Shown: piece by piece, positions 8,217 to 17,887 of the stretch
Layout of the letters: every line of letters begins with the position of its first letter
Position numbering within the stretch: the stretch's first letter is position 1
IMG/VR virus record: IMGVR_UViG_3300032373_000056
Coordinates: 1 to 36,910 of that record
DNA from: a virus
Lineage: Duplodnaviria > Caudoviricetes
Reading direction: 5' to 3' (one strand)
Length of the DNA stretch: 36,910 bases
The notes under the pieces: model-generated
Database searches by the model: none
What the model was told of the DNA's origin: nothing
The model's input: the letters and a program-made list of their open reading frames with translations, nothing else
Position numbers and translations under genes: made by a program

Positions 8217-9602
8217 TTAAGCCGCTAACAACTGCCCCGCATAGCTGCTTTCTAATTTCTGATAAAGCGTTAAATTTTCCAATGGTGGAACAGCCATGTA
8301 ATCAAAACTAATATTCAACTCACCAGCGGTTAACGTAACCTCTGTGTTTTTGTCTGGATCAATCCACGCGTTTGCATCAACAATATAACCGCTCGCTTTT
8401 AACGATCTAAACTTAGCGTTGATAGAATCAATGATTGTCTTAATCAACGTCTTGCTCATAGGTTTATCGATGAATTCAAACATCGCCTCGGCAATCGTAT
8501 CTGATAAAAAATCACGAGTCCGAACGGTTGATTCAAATGCAAACTTGGCATCATTCGAAGCAGTGCGAGAACCCCAAAAACGAAAGCCTTTCATATTAAT
8601 AAGCGTGGTAACTTCGTTCGCGTTCAAATACCCGGCTAATGTGTTCGGGTCTTGAAGGTCCCAAGAGATATCTTTACTGATACCACCCGCACCAATAACC
8701 GGCATATTAGAGATTGTCTTATGCCAACCAATTTCATTATCAAGCCTCGCACGAGTACCCAACGCAAAAGAGACAGCGCTCAAACTATTTGAATTCGTGT
8801 CGGTAAAATCGGGAAAGATTGGCATAATCTGATCACTGCCAAAATTGTTACGATATGTAACCGCATCAGCAGCAACAGCAGCACCATCACAATAAACATA
8901 ACCAAACGCTTTCAACGCCGCATTAATAGAAACAATCTCATTAGCAACAGCCAACGTATCAAGCCCCGGCGCACCCGTGATTTTTGGTTTAAACCCAAAC
9001 TTAGCACTAGCAACCCGTAGCGCCTGCAATCCTGTGTGGACGCCTTGAGCATCAACAGCACCAATCACCGCCGCATCATCAACAAGCGAAGCATCAGGAA
9101 TATCACAAGCTAAAGAAATCACTTCACCAACAGCAATCGCACCACCATCAACACGAAAATATTTATTTATGGTCATGTCGTAAGTAAAATCATCACCTTC
9201 CGCATAAGTTGTTAACAAGTCTTGTGATTTAACAACCCGTGCATAATTGTATTCATTGTCTGGTGTGAACTCGTTTGATGTTGCATCAAAAGTATATTCC
9301 TTAGCTGCAACCGCTTGCTTATGCACAGCAGGATCAAGCACATTAACAACAATCATCATTGCGCCAATCTGTTTAAACACAATGTCAAAGAACGTATCAC
9401 AAGTGAACCCCGTTCCATTCGTGCCAATATTATTACTAAACTGTGCGGCTGTAGAGCGGGAACCGGCAATCAAAACAGATTCACCCACCGGCCCCATAGG
9501 TGCCGTGATAGGAACACCAATCACAGCGGTATTTACTGATTTAATAGGGCTAAGGCCGCTATTGTCTTGAATAACCCTCGCGCCGTGATGATATTCAGGC
9601 AT
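8217..9602 (-). CDS. FI: Contractile tail sheath protein, P2 FI family
   Basis: YHHGARV, GFKPKI.GAPG, GWHKTISN, LNANEVTTLI...GFRFWGSRT and VPPLENLT motifs. Confidence 0.96.
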   Translation of the reverse strand: MPEYHHGARVIQDNSGLSPIKSVNTAVIGVPITAPMGPVGESVLIAGSRSTAAQFSNNIGTNGTGFTCDTFFDIVFKQIGAMMIVVNVLDPAVHKQAVAAKEYTFDATSNEFTPDNEYNYARVVKSQDLLTTYAEGDDFTYDMTINKYFRVDGGAIAVGEVISLACDIPDASLVDDAAVIGAVDAQGVHTGLQALRVASAKFGFKPKITGAPGLDTLAVANEIVSINAALKAFGYVYCDGAAVAADAVTYRNNFGSDQIMPIFPDFTDTNSNSLSAVSFALGTRARLDNEIGWHKTISNMPVIGAGGISKDISWDLQDPNTLAGYLNANEVTTLINMKGFRFWGSRTASNDAKFAFESTVRTRDFLSDTIAEAMFEFIDKPMSKTLIKTIIDSINAKFRSLKASGYIVDANAWIDPDKNTEVTLTAGELNISFDYMAVPPLENLTLYQKLESSYAGQLLAA

Positions 9603-9647
9603 GTTATAAACTCCTATGTAGTTACTTAAAGCGTGTAAAGCTTTGGT

Positions 9648-10145
9648 TTAATTTTCTGGTTTGTTTTCCGGTTCGCTCGTATCAATGAACGGAGCAATAG
9701 CCATTAAACATTTAGCTGTTACGCCTTCTTGCTCTGCGAGTCGGTCAATATCAGCAGTAGATAGCAAAGGCGTAATTACCTGTGTTTTAGATTCAAGAAC
9801 GGCTCTTAACTCTTTGTCTAAGTCAGATTTTGCGTTGCTCAATTCAACGTTAATGCGTGAATACTCTTCGACTAACTCACTTTGAGTTGATTTCTCAACA
9901 GTCAATATTTGATGTAGTTCTTGATGTCGCTTCACTAAATCAGCTTTATAAAACCGCTTATTAAGAGATTCATTTGCAGAACTAAATGATCTATATTCAA
10001 CTTCCAACGAAGTAAATATTCTCAGAATATTCAACTTCAAAACACCCGGTATATTATCGATTTCAACTAACTTAGCCCCGTGAACAAATGCACGAACCAC
10101 ATCATCAAAAGTAATTTGCTGTGTCTTAATTTCTTGTGTTTTCAT
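9648..10145 (-). CDS. Hypothetical protein (165 aa, partly coiled-coil) in the tail operon
   Basis: Co-oriented ORF filling the gap between tail genes, with an AGGA RBS; no family recognised. Confidence 0.7.
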   Translation of the reverse strand: MKTQEIKTQQITFDDVVRAFVHGAKLVEIDNIPGVLKLNILRIFTSLEVEYRSFSSANESLNKRFYKADLVKRHQELHQILTVEKSTQSELVEEYSRINVELSNAKSDLDKELRAVLESKTQVITPLLSTADIDRLAEQEGVTAKCLMAIAPFIDTSEPENKPEN

Positions 10146-10168
10146 TTCCTACCCCTAAAAACTAATGG

Positions 10169-10396
10169 TTAAACTTCGGTTAGGCGTAAAGTAAGTGAAT
10201 TAATCACCACACCTTTTTCACCTGCTTTCAAAATAAAACTTGTTATCTGATGATCCCTGATACCATCATCACCCGACATAATCGGCTTTGCATTTGTTCC
10301 ACCAATTTTAATATTGGCGTGTTTTATGTTTCGCAAAATGTAATCAACGCTTGTTAACAGCCAATCGTTTGAATCGGTTTTACGTTGTGCAATCAT
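10169..10396 (-). CDS. Hypothetical protein (75 aa)
   Basis: ATGA overlap with the upstream ORF, GAGGA RBS. Confidence 0.7.
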   Translation of the reverse strand: MIAQRKTDSNDWLLTSVDYILRNIKHANIKIGGTNAKPIMSGDDGIRDHQITSFILKAGEKGVVINSLTLRLTEV

Positions 10397-10743
10397 TTGG
10401 CTGCTTCCTCTTTGCTTGTAGGCTTTTCAAGCGCGTTGTCTTTCTCTTTTTCAAGCGGGAATTTGTCAATGCTAAAAACCGAATTCGGTTTAACTGTTTC
10501 TTCTTTCGCTGACAAAACAGAATTTCTTTTTGTGACTTTTTCATCTACAAGGTCGTGTAGATGTTTCATGAGCAACGCTTCTTTGTTTACTGCATTAGCC
10601 AATAATTTTTCATGTAGCTTATCCACGTGAATATCTGTTTCGAAGTTTGAGCCGTCGCTAAGTGTTGACCTGAACATGAAGCGAGTTTTATTCTCATCTG
10701 AATCTATATGTATTAATTTGTGCATACTGTCCTCAATTAACAT
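10393..10743 (-). CDS. Hypothetical protein after the tail fibre (start probably 10725, MHKLIH)
   Basis: GAGGA RBS precedes ATG 10725; occupies the position of P2 gpG but has no recognisable gpG motif. Confidence 0.7.
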   Translation of the reverse strand: MLIEDSMHKLIHIDSDENKTRFMFRSTLSDGSNFETDIHVDKLHEKLLANAVNKEALLMKHLHDLVDEKVTKRNSVLSAKEETVKPNSVFSIDKFPLEKEKDNALEKPTSKEEAAK

Positions 10744-12680
10744 TCAATGTCGTATCCGACTAAAACGACCGCATAAGTTACGCTTGATGATCCACTGCTT
10801 GCATGTGCCATGAAGTAATCAAAATCATTATTTGCGTTTAGGTTTACGGAGTGTTGCCCCGCGCTACGATCCATATCACCTTGACCCGCTACAGAATTTT
10901 CGACGGCTGCTGTGCATCCTCGCGTTGTAAAGCCAGGTGTTAAAGCGCTGCCCGTTTTGCGTAGATATAAGTCGCCATAATAATAATCAGTTGAATTGGT
11001 TCCTACTAAGTCGAGGTTTATATAGAGACGTAAGTGTGCAGTGATAGCAGAGGCATTATTTAACGTGGTGTTGTTGACGGTGACCCATGCGCCACCGGGT
11101 ACTGATGTGGAAATGATTATTTCTGGTGAGTCTAGCCATATGGTTCTTGTGTTGCGGGTGCCGTTGCAGTAAATCCCGTTTTGAAAGTTGCCGGTTCCTA
11201 TAGTTTTTGAATTACCAATAGGCGCCCCAAAAACAAGCCCGCCATCATTGTCAATGTACCCTCTTGTGCTATTAGTCGCTACGGCGTTACCTGCTCCACT
11301 AGCTGCGGTTCTGAACTGAATATTCCCTCCTACAAAAACAACCGAACTAGCCTCACCTGAAATTTTGTGTTTCCAAACACCGTCATAATATAGATTGCTG
11401 CCTAAATGTGTTCCCTCTACCGATGAACCGAACATGAGATAGCCGCGATCTCCCAATTGAAAAGCTCGATAAAGACTTCCCCACGTTTCCATGTCAGCAG
11501 TTCCAAACCCAATATTTCCATTTTCATCAATACGCATTCGTTCTGTATTATTTGTAGCAATACGCAGAGCTGTACTTTCAAAATTCCAAAACTGTGCGCT
11601 TTCGTCACTACCTATGCCGATTCTAAAACCATCTGTGTCAGTTGAACCCGTTGAACTGTTTTGATAGAAAGAAAAAATCGAAGAGGAATCAGTACGCCTA
11701 AAATATTGATAATCGGCGAATATGTTACGGCTGGTAAACGTCCATAACCCCGTTACACTCTCATTCTCACTCAACACCGCCAACGCCGCAGGCAAATAAC
11801 CGCCCAACGTGTGAGCATCTAAACCACTACCCACACCATCATTCAAGCTGGTCCAAATAGTCCCACCGTTAATCGTTGGTGCAACGGTAAAATTACTCGC
11901 ACTCGCTAAACGTGCAAACTGAGTTGTAGCAAGCCCGTTAAACAAACTCGCATCAACAATACCACCCACACCATCGTTACCGCTTGTGTGGATCGTTGCC
12001 CCTGCAATCGTTGGCGCAACGGTAAAGTTAGAGAGCGTTGCTAACTGTGCATAGGCCGAAGGTAAAAGCCCAGCAAACAAACCCGCGTCCACATTACTAC
12101 CAATGCCATCGTTAGCGGTGGTATGTGGTACACCACCATTCAATAAAGTTGTAATGGTTAAATTTGCAAAAGTGGGGGAACTCGTTGTTTTTAAAACTTG
12201 ATCAACATACGTTAAAATATTCGCGTCTGCATAATCACGAGTAGCCATAACAACAGTCGGATCAACAATAACCGTTACAGCACTCGCGTTAGCATGTTGA
12301 AAATAAGTTCTATAATATTGATCACGTTGTGCGTTCTCTGCCAATGTAGGCTTATATGAGAGCGGAACACTCGCAACAATAACCAAATCTCCATCTTGAT
12401 CACGAAAGCCCATACCGCGAATATTAAAGCCACCCACCGCAACAGGAATACGACCTTCGGCAACCCAAGCGCTAGGATTGTTTGCGCTCTGTTCAACCGC
12501 GTTAACAGGGCCAGACCAAACAATATTAGGTAGGTTTAAATCATTCTCATCAGGTACATAAAACACACCTAAACCGTCTGTAAATTCAACGGTAGTTAAA
12601 GTCACCGAAGGCCCACCCGCATCAGCGGCGGAATACTTAACGTGGCCTATATTTGTTTTAATCGCGTCATAAACTGGCAT
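10737..12680 (-). CDS. H: Tail fibre protein (P2 gpH-like N-terminus, mosaic distal part)
   Basis: N-terminal IP..VGGF.IR.MG..D.DGDL....SYKP.L...IVDPTVVMATRDY motif. TAATG coupling with gene I places the start at 12680. Confidence 0.9.
   Translation of the reverse strand: MPVYDAIKTNIGHVKYSAADAGGPSVTLTTVEFTDGLGVFYVPDENDLNLPNIVWSGPVNAVEQSANNPSAWVAEGRIPVAVGGFNIRGMGFRDQDGDLVIVASVPLSYKPTLAENAQRDQYYRTYFQHANASAVTVIVDPTVVMATRDYADANILTYVDQVLKTTSSPTFANLTITTLLNGGVPHTTANDGIGSNVDAGLFAGLLPSAYAQLATLSNFTVAPTIAGATIHTSGNDGVGGIVDASLFNGLATTQFARLASASNFTVAPTINGGTIWTSLNDGVGSGLDAHTLGGYLPAALAVLSENESVTGLWTFTSRNIFADYQYFRRTDSSSIFSFYQNSSTGSTDTDGFRIGIGSDESAQFWNFESTALRIATNNTERMRIDENGNIGFGTADMETWGSLYRAFQLGDRGYLMFGSSVEGTHLGSNLYYDGVWKHKISGEASSVVFVGGNIQFRTAASGAGNAVATNSTRGYIDNDGGLVFGAPIGNSKTIGTGNFQNGIYCNGTRNTRTIWLDSPEIIISTSVPGGAWVTVNNTTLNNASAITAHLRLYINLDLVGTNSTDYYYGDLYLRKTGSALTPGFTTRGCTAAVENSVAGQGDMDRSAGQHSVNLNANNDFDYFMAHASSGSSSVTYAVVLVGYDIEC
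11770..12140 (-). repeat. About three 45-aa (135 bp) tandem repeats within the tail fibre
   Basis: H/W-T-x-x-NDG-x-G-x-x-x-DA-x-x-x-x-G-L/Y recurs three times and SNFTVAPTI twice; DNA similarity at 11871 and 12006. Confidence 0.85.
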
Positions 12681-13231
12681 TAGTGAACCCACCAACTAGG
12701 ATAAACAGTAACAACATCGCTAACCAACGTTGCGCCGCCATAAATAGAATTACCTGAAACAGGTTGATAAATATTAATCACATTCAAATGTGAACGAACG
12801 TTTTTATGTAACTCAATAATCTGATCAATTTCATTTTGCGTATCTTCACCAATCCCTTGATCGAGTAAATCCACCTCAACGGTAAACGTACCCGGTACGC
12901 CTTGCGGTTCTTCTTGCCACCACTCAATTACTGTGATGTCCATATTCAAAGCGGCTAACGCTTTCTTAATCGAGCCAGCCGTTCCACGAATACGACGAGA
13001 TTCTAAATGCTGCTTTATATAAGCCCGTTGAACCGCTTCAGACCAATTCGGGTTCCAGTAATCAACCTGCACTGAATACGCTAACCACTGCAATTGCTTT
13101 ATAGGGCAAAGGTCAGGGTTATAAAGATTGGAAATATCAGAAAGATCTAGTTCACTAATACCACTCGCTGATTCCGCTAAATCTTTTTCAAACTTTGTTG
13201 CATTAGGTGGGAGTAAAGAACTATTCACCAT
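12680..13231 (-). CDS. I: Baseplate/tail protein, P2 gpI family
   Basis: SLLPPNAT..E...NPD.CP...L.WLA....VD.W and GT...IK.AL...EWWQ..P.G.PGTF motifs; start trimmed to MVNSSLL. Confidence 0.92.
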   Translation of the reverse strand: MVNSSLLPPNATKFEKDLAESASGISELDLSDISNLYNPDLCPIKQLQWLAYSVQVDYWNPNWSEAVQRAYIKQHLESRRIRGTAGSIKKALAALNMDITVIEWWQEEPQGVPGTFTVEVDLLDQGIGEDTQNEIDQIIELHKNVRSHLNVINIYQPVSGNSIYGGATLVSDVVTVYPSWWVH

Positions 13232-14117
13232 AACCCCCAAACGCAACAGCAACACCCGTACAAAACGCGGCTTCATAATCGCTAACAACTAAATCAGCGG
13301 TAATCGCACCACCCGTATCATTTAACACCACGTTATGAACCCCGGCAACTTTAAGCGCAGCACCAATACCAATAATCGTAATGTCACGCCCTAACGAATG
13401 TTGTTCATCAATCCAAATCAATAACGCCGCTTCAGCTTGTGAACGTATGGTTTCAGAATCAAAACCGGGATAAAGAATAAGAGAAACATCCACCAAATAA
13501 TTTAAAATCGTTGCAGCTTGCACAATAACCTGATCGGTGAAAGGTCGCTTATCATCGTCAAGATGATTATCAACAAGCGTTACAAGTGCCGCATCTGGCA
13601 AACCATCACCAATACGCGAAAGCACAACAACATCAACAGTGACGGCTGAAGGGCTAACGATGGACGTGTCCTTAATGTCACCGCTCGCAGTCATCACATG
13701 ATAAATATACGCTTTCTTACTGCCTGCCGTGTTGTATGCATAACCCGATAAAAGAATTCGAGCCGTGTAATCTTCATCACTTTCATAAACAGGATCAATC
13801 GGCGGTGTTGCTGTTGCGTCACCTTCATCTAAAATCAATCGCGGTGTTAAATGATAAGTGTTACCAATAAAATCAAGCTTTGCACCTTTTGCATGGCCAA
13901 GAAAAAGACTCTTAACTAAATCATTAAATTCCTGCGTTTTAATAAATTCTCGATAGCTAGTCACCGCAAGCGTATTGTATGAAGGATCAGTTTCAACAAC
14001 GCTATAGTTATCATCAAAGCTTTTTAACTTTGTAATCGACGCATTAAGAATGTCTGTTTCCGTCTCGTGCGGAAGTACATCTTCAATGTTCAATGATGAT
14101 AAAGGAACGGTTTTCAT
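13221..14117 (-). CDS. J: Baseplate assembly protein, P2 gpJ family
   Basis: YRE...A.G..LD..G, ESDEDY..RI, TAGS..AY.YH and RP.TD.V.V motifs. Confidence 0.93.
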   Translation of the reverse strand: MKTVPLSSLNIEDVLPHETETDILNASITKLKSFDDNYSVVETDPSYNTLAVTSYREFIKTQEFNDLVKSLFLGHAKGAKLDFIGNTYHLTPRLILDEGDATATPPIDPVYESDEDYTARILLSGYAYNTAGSKKAYIYHVMTASGDIKDTSIVSPSAVTVDVVVLSRIGDGLPDAALVTLVDNHLDDDKRPFTDQVIVQAATILNYLVDVSLILYPGFDSETIRSQAEAALLIWIDEQHSLGRDITIIGIGAALKVAGVHNVVLNDTGGAITADLVVSDYEAAFCTGVAVAFGGYGE

Positions 14118-14119
14118 TA

Positions 14120-14488
14120 TCAGGCGACCATAGGAATAGTAAGATCAATAGAAGAACCAGCGGTTAAGTTATCAATATCAATCGTAGTAATGCCAGATAT
14201 CAACAAACTAAACGCACCATTAGCAACATCACTTTGCTGTGGCTGAATACGAGTCGGAATAATCGCAGGCACCCAACGCAAAATAGCCTCAACACATGAC
14301 GAATAAAGTTTTAACAAATTCGCCTTATTACCGGGATGGTCAATCTTTTCGAAAACGAAAGAACCGAATTCACGATTCAACACACAAGAGCTATACGGCG
14401 TTATCACCGCACGAGTAACATCCTGATGGATTAACGCCATCCCGGATATTCTCTTTCCTGTGTGTTGATCCATCCCGAAAATAGACAT
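14120..14488 (-). CDS. W: Baseplate wedge protein, P2 gpW / gp25-like
   Basis: GMD..TG...SG...I.Q.V...TP..S.V..REFGS...ID.P...AI.RW.P motif. Confidence 0.88.
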   Translation of the reverse strand: MSIFGMDQHTGKRISGMALIHQDVTRAVITPYSSCVLNREFGSFVFEKIDHPGNKANLLKLYSSCVEAILRWVPAIIPTRIQPQQSDVANGAFSLLISGITTIDIDNLTAGSSIDLTIPMVA

Positions 14489-15306
14489 TATGAAATAGTC
14501 TCAACAAAAGCCATCGGTGCAGGTGGAGAGCCGGGCATCATCTCAGTGACCGTACAAGGTATAACATTAACAACCGCCTGAGTTGCGTTATAAAAATCTA
14601 GCCATCCATCAGGTTTTGATTGATTAGTAACAAGCGCAGTAACAGCGGCTTTCATCGGTTCAAGCACACTCGCACCATTCACCACAACCGAAATAACGTA
14701 ATCACCCTCGTGCGCAGGGTCTTCACTAACCGTATTGAAAGACGACCAATAATTACAAAGCCCCAATGCAATACGGTCAATCGTGGCGGGTGTGTTGTCA
14801 TTCACAAAAGCGGTTTCAAGTATTGAGAGCGTACCCCCTGCCGAACAATCAGCACCCGCAAGCGTTGCTGATTTAGCATAACCGTGATAAGCGGCGGCAA
14901 ACTCTTTCGCAATGTCAGCATTAGATTTAATCGGTAAATTATTATTGTGTTTGGTTATCTGCCCAATCAAGACATTATTTGCTGATGTAGCCCCTGCGTT
15001 TGAATTCAAAGCCATGTTTATATTTTCCTTCGCTGGTAAGTAGAGTAATAAACAAATAAATGTAGCGAGCAACCCACCTACACACGTTGCGATAATGTCA
15101 GCAAACTCTGTCGTGTGCTTTTCAGGGTGAAAGTAGTCGTAAGCTTCCTTAGCAATGCCAGCCACAACAGCCAACACAAGGCCAATTGCAATGGCTCCCG
15201 GTTCACCCATAGCTTGAACTAAAAATGCAGTACTAAAAAAGGAAATCAAAAAACCAACTATGATGTGGCCCTTCTTATCTTTTGGTAATCGTCTTACATT
15301 AATCAT
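14488..15306 (-). CDS. Inserted ORF between V and W: ~97 aa three-TM membrane domain in frame with a ~175 aa soluble protein (internal start 15015)
   Basis: DKKGH...KEAYD...D.IAT..GG hydrophobic segment, then an AAGGAA RBS 9 nt before the ATG at 15015 (MALNSNAG). Confidence 0.7.
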   Translation of the reverse strand: MINVRRLPKDKKGHIIVGFLISFFSTAFLVQAMGEPGAIAIGLVLAVVAGIAKEAYDYFHPEKHTTEFADIIATCVGGLLATFICLLLYLPAKENINMALNSNAGATSANNVLIGQITKHNNNLPIKSNADIAKEFAAAYHGYAKSATLAGADCSAGGTLSILETAFVNDNTPATIDRIALGLCNYWSSFNTVSEDPAHEGDYVISVVVNGASVLEPMKAAVTALVTNQSKPDGWLDFYNATQAVVNVIPCTVTEMMPGSPPAPMAFVETIS

Positions 15307-15322
15307 ATATTCCCCCTATTGA

Positions 15323-15961
15323 TCATTGATCAGGTTTATTAGTGGTGCTAGTTAAACCGCCTAAGTTGCCGATGTATTGGCTAGTGTTAAAGTTAATGCG
15401 TAAACGTTTCAATGTGCCTATTGAGTCGCTTACATCTTTATCAGAATGAATATTTCCGGTTGCTGTAAAGTTTCCATCTAAATCGAAATTGCCGGTGAAG
15501 GTAAACCCACCCGGTGCAACAAAATTAATCTTCCCGTTTTCGGGTAAAGTAAATGTAAGTTCACTCGTGCTCGTGTCGTAGCTGAATATTGCCCCATCAG
15601 CTTTATTAAACTGATGGAGGGTCGCGCTACTTTCTGGGGCTTGGTGGGTTGTTTGGTAGAACCGGCAAATAATCACAGCAAGTGCCATATTTCCCGATTG
15701 AGAACCCATCAACACCAGCTCACCTATTGCCGGTGGGTTCCATACAATATTCTCTGAAGCGCTTTCAACGCCCCACTTAATCCAGTCTGTTAAAACAGGT
15801 TCTTGATTTTCATCTTTCGCATATTCAACTTTAACCTTTGCAGCAACAGCATCAAACTCAGCAACAGTGCCAAGGCGCAAAAGGTTTTCAAACCGTCTCG
15901 CAAGCTCCACAATGTCGAATCTTTCATTGCTTTTTCGGTTGATGTTTTGGCTAAGGTTCAT
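15323..15961 (-). CDS. V: Baseplate spike / assembly protein, P2 gpV family
   Basis: ELARR.ENLLRLGTV, LTDWI.W, W.PP.IGE.V and DGA...YD motifs. Confidence 0.92.
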   Translation of the reverse strand: MNLSQNINRKSNERFDIVELARRFENLLRLGTVAEFDAVAAKVKVEYAKDENQEPVLTDWIKWGVESASENIVWNPPAIGELVLMGSQSGNMALAVIICRFYQTTHQAPESSATLHQFNKADGAIFSYDTSTSELTFTLPENGKINFVAPGGFTFTGNFDLDGNFTATGNIHSDKDVSDSIGTLKRLRINFNTSQYIGNLGGLTSTTNKPDQ

Positions 15962-16401
15962 GAATATAAATACTCAGTAAAAGACGACAAAATCAAAGCT
16001 CGATCACTATCACTAAATCCTAAAAGCTTACGCACCGGGTATTGATAAAGCGGTCCATCTGGCACAACGTTAGCCGTTAAACCCTCTTGATGAATCTTTG
16101 CAATGAATGCCGCACTTCCTTTAAATCCGATAGCTGCACCATCTGCATTGGCTGATATTTTCATATGTCTAGCCGTGCGTAGCATTTCAAACATCTTAGC
16201 TTTACTTCTAATAGAACCATTTTTGCTCGTCTTACGTGCTTCAAACGGGCTACCGTCAGGGTTCTTTTGTGCCTCAATTCGTGCGGCTTGTCGCTTGCGT
16301 AATTGCGATGCAAGCGAACGGTTAAACTTTCGTTTCTCAGAATTAGAAAACTTATGGAGTAACGGCTCCATCCAGTTTTCAAGTGTGGCGAATTCATCCA
16401 C
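15958..16401 (-). CDS. S: Tail completion / virion morphogenesis protein, P2 gpS family
   Basis: LR..Q..RI.AQ.NPDGSPF.ARK...MF..LRTAR...IH..G...YP.R.LLGF motif. Confidence 0.93.
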   Translation of the reverse strand: MDEFATLENWMEPLLHKFSNSEKRKFNRSLASQLRKRQAARIEAQKNPDGSPFEARKTSKNGSIRSKAKMFEMLRTARHMKISANADGAAIGFKGSAAFIAKIHQEGLTANVVPDGPLYQYPVRKLLGFSDSDRALILSSFTEYLYS

Positions 16402-16861
16402 CGCCGTTCACCCATTGCATCATTGCTGCATCGTTAGTGTTCAGCGTCCAGTTTTCAGCCGGTAACAATTCTGTTTTCATATCGGGTTCACCATCTGGCA
16501 AAAGCACAAAGCCTTCAGCCGTTGAATCAACAACAATGATTTGTGAAAGTGGAACAACAAGCGCAATATCGGTTGATTGATCGTTGATAAAATCCGTATC
16601 AAACTCGAAAGCCTTTTCATCATGGTTTGGTTGATTCACAGACAGCCATCGCAACACCCAAAAGAACAACTGATTAGCATCACCACTAAATTTTAAAATG
16701 AGAATGTTAGCGTTAAACTTCCACTCATAGTTTAAGTTTTCCCCTTCCGGTGCTGAGATAATTTCACCACCGTTAACCGTAGTAACAAGATGCTTAGGGT
16801 CAATGCTCCAACCATCATGTTTAGTTAATAGATGTTCTCTTAATGATTTCAGTTTATTCAT
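16394..16861 (-). CDS. R: Tail completion protein, P2 gpR family
   Basis: MNK.KSLR.HL...F.GD...L...VL.WL..NQP...F.F..D...D....PL motif. Confidence 0.88.
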   Translation of the reverse strand: MNKLKSLREHLLTKHDGWSIDPKHLVTTVNGGEIISAPEGENLNYEWKFNANILILKFSGDANQLFFWVLRWLSVNQPNHDEKAFEFDTDFINDQSTDIALVVPLSQIIVVDSTAEGFVLLPDGEPDMKTELLPAENWTLNTNDAAMMQWVNGGG

Positions 16862-17451
16862 TTTGTAATACTCCCCTTACGAGAGCCGAACCAAAAAGTA
16901 ACAGCAGTAGCCGTAAGAAAGACGACTGATGAAACAATCATGACGAGTAAATCACTCAATACGGTAACAGGAAGTGAATCGAGTTTATTAAGTGCGTTAA
17001 ATAAATACCAAGCAATAGCGGTTTCAAGAACAATTAAATATACCGTCGTAGTCGGTCGAATAAGACCGCGTAGCATGTCGACAAACACCAGCATTAAAGC
17101 GACGATACCAGCAAAGAAACCGTTTAGGTTTTTAACTGCACCCTTAGAGTAAGTCGCGCTATCGTGTTTATATACAGCTATCAAAACTTCCGCGTCTGCA
17201 ATATCTTTTGCAATGTCACCTTCAATTTTCTTAAGGTTTGCTTTGCCTTGAAACTCTGCTGTTTTCTCTTGAATATTTAATTCACTTTCAAGCTTCATCT
17301 CTTCGCGGTCTAACTTGCGAACCTCTAGATCGTGTTTACGTTGATTTTCACGGTCTTTGATTTCTTGCTGTGCTTTGAAATAGTTTCCAATTATGCCGAA
17401 AATAGAACCACCAGCAGCAGAACCAACAAAAGCCATAAGAGTGTCAAGCAT
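16858..17451 (-). CDS. Membrane protein in the lysis cassette (holin-like, 3TM gene-transfer-holin type)
   Basis: Hydrophobic N-terminus, coiled coil, then IRP followed by TM segments and a terminal FWFGSR motif. Confidence 0.6.
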   Translation of the reverse strand: MLDTLMAFVGSAAGGSIFGIIGNYFKAQQEIKDRENQRKHDLEVRKLDREEMKLESELNIQEKTAEFQGKANLKKIEGDIAKDIADAEVLIAVYKHDSATYSKGAVKNLNGFFAGIVALMLVFVDMLRGLIRPTTTVYLIVLETAIAWYLFNALNKLDSLPVTVLSDLLVMIVSSVVFLTATAVTFWFGSRKGSITK

Positions 17452-17887
17452 CGTGTATAACCTCTAATTTAAAATCTTCGCGATTAGTCGCCTTGTGTAT
17501 CTTGTGCATAGCACCGCGTGAAGCTAATCCCGCTCGTTGCCCACTTAGTTCACCAACACGGCTAGCCGGTAATAAACAACCGTGAGAATGAGTTCTTAAA
17601 CCTAATTCACTATCACCTGCAAAATTACCTTTATGAATAAGAATCCCCGACCGACCATTTACAGCTTGAACATGATAAACATCACGATACTTCCCCGACG
17701 CTGATCTTTCTAAATACGTCACTTCATATGTACCCGGTGGAATGCAACTCATATTTGATTCGTTATTCTTCCAAGGTAATTCATTCATAAAACAAACTTG
17801 CTGTAACTCATCATCAATCAAAACGCCAATCGTGCCTTCTGAATCGCTTTCAATGCGTAAGAGTAAAAAGTGTCTAAGTTCCTTCAT
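17444..17887 (-). CDS. DUF5675-like putative endolysin with an L,D-transpeptidase-type catalytic motif
   Basis: ELPWKNN....SCIP.GTY...V.GRSGILIH.GN...SHGCLL; located in the P2 K (endolysin) slot. Start 17887 (ATG) or 17896. Confidence 0.7.
   Translation of the reverse strand: MKELRHFLLLRIESDSEGTIGVLIDDELQQVCFMNELPWKNNESNMSCIPPGTYEVTYLERSASGKYRDVYHVQAVNGRSGILIHKGNFAGDSELGLRTHSHGCLLPASRVGELSGQRAGLASRGAMHKIHKATNREDFKLEVIHDA

Noticed and set aside
9648-12680. Tail-fibre inversion (Gin/Cin-type) or diversity-generating retroelement
   Set aside because: No serine invertase, inverted fibre cassette, reverse transcriptase or TR/VR pair was seen.
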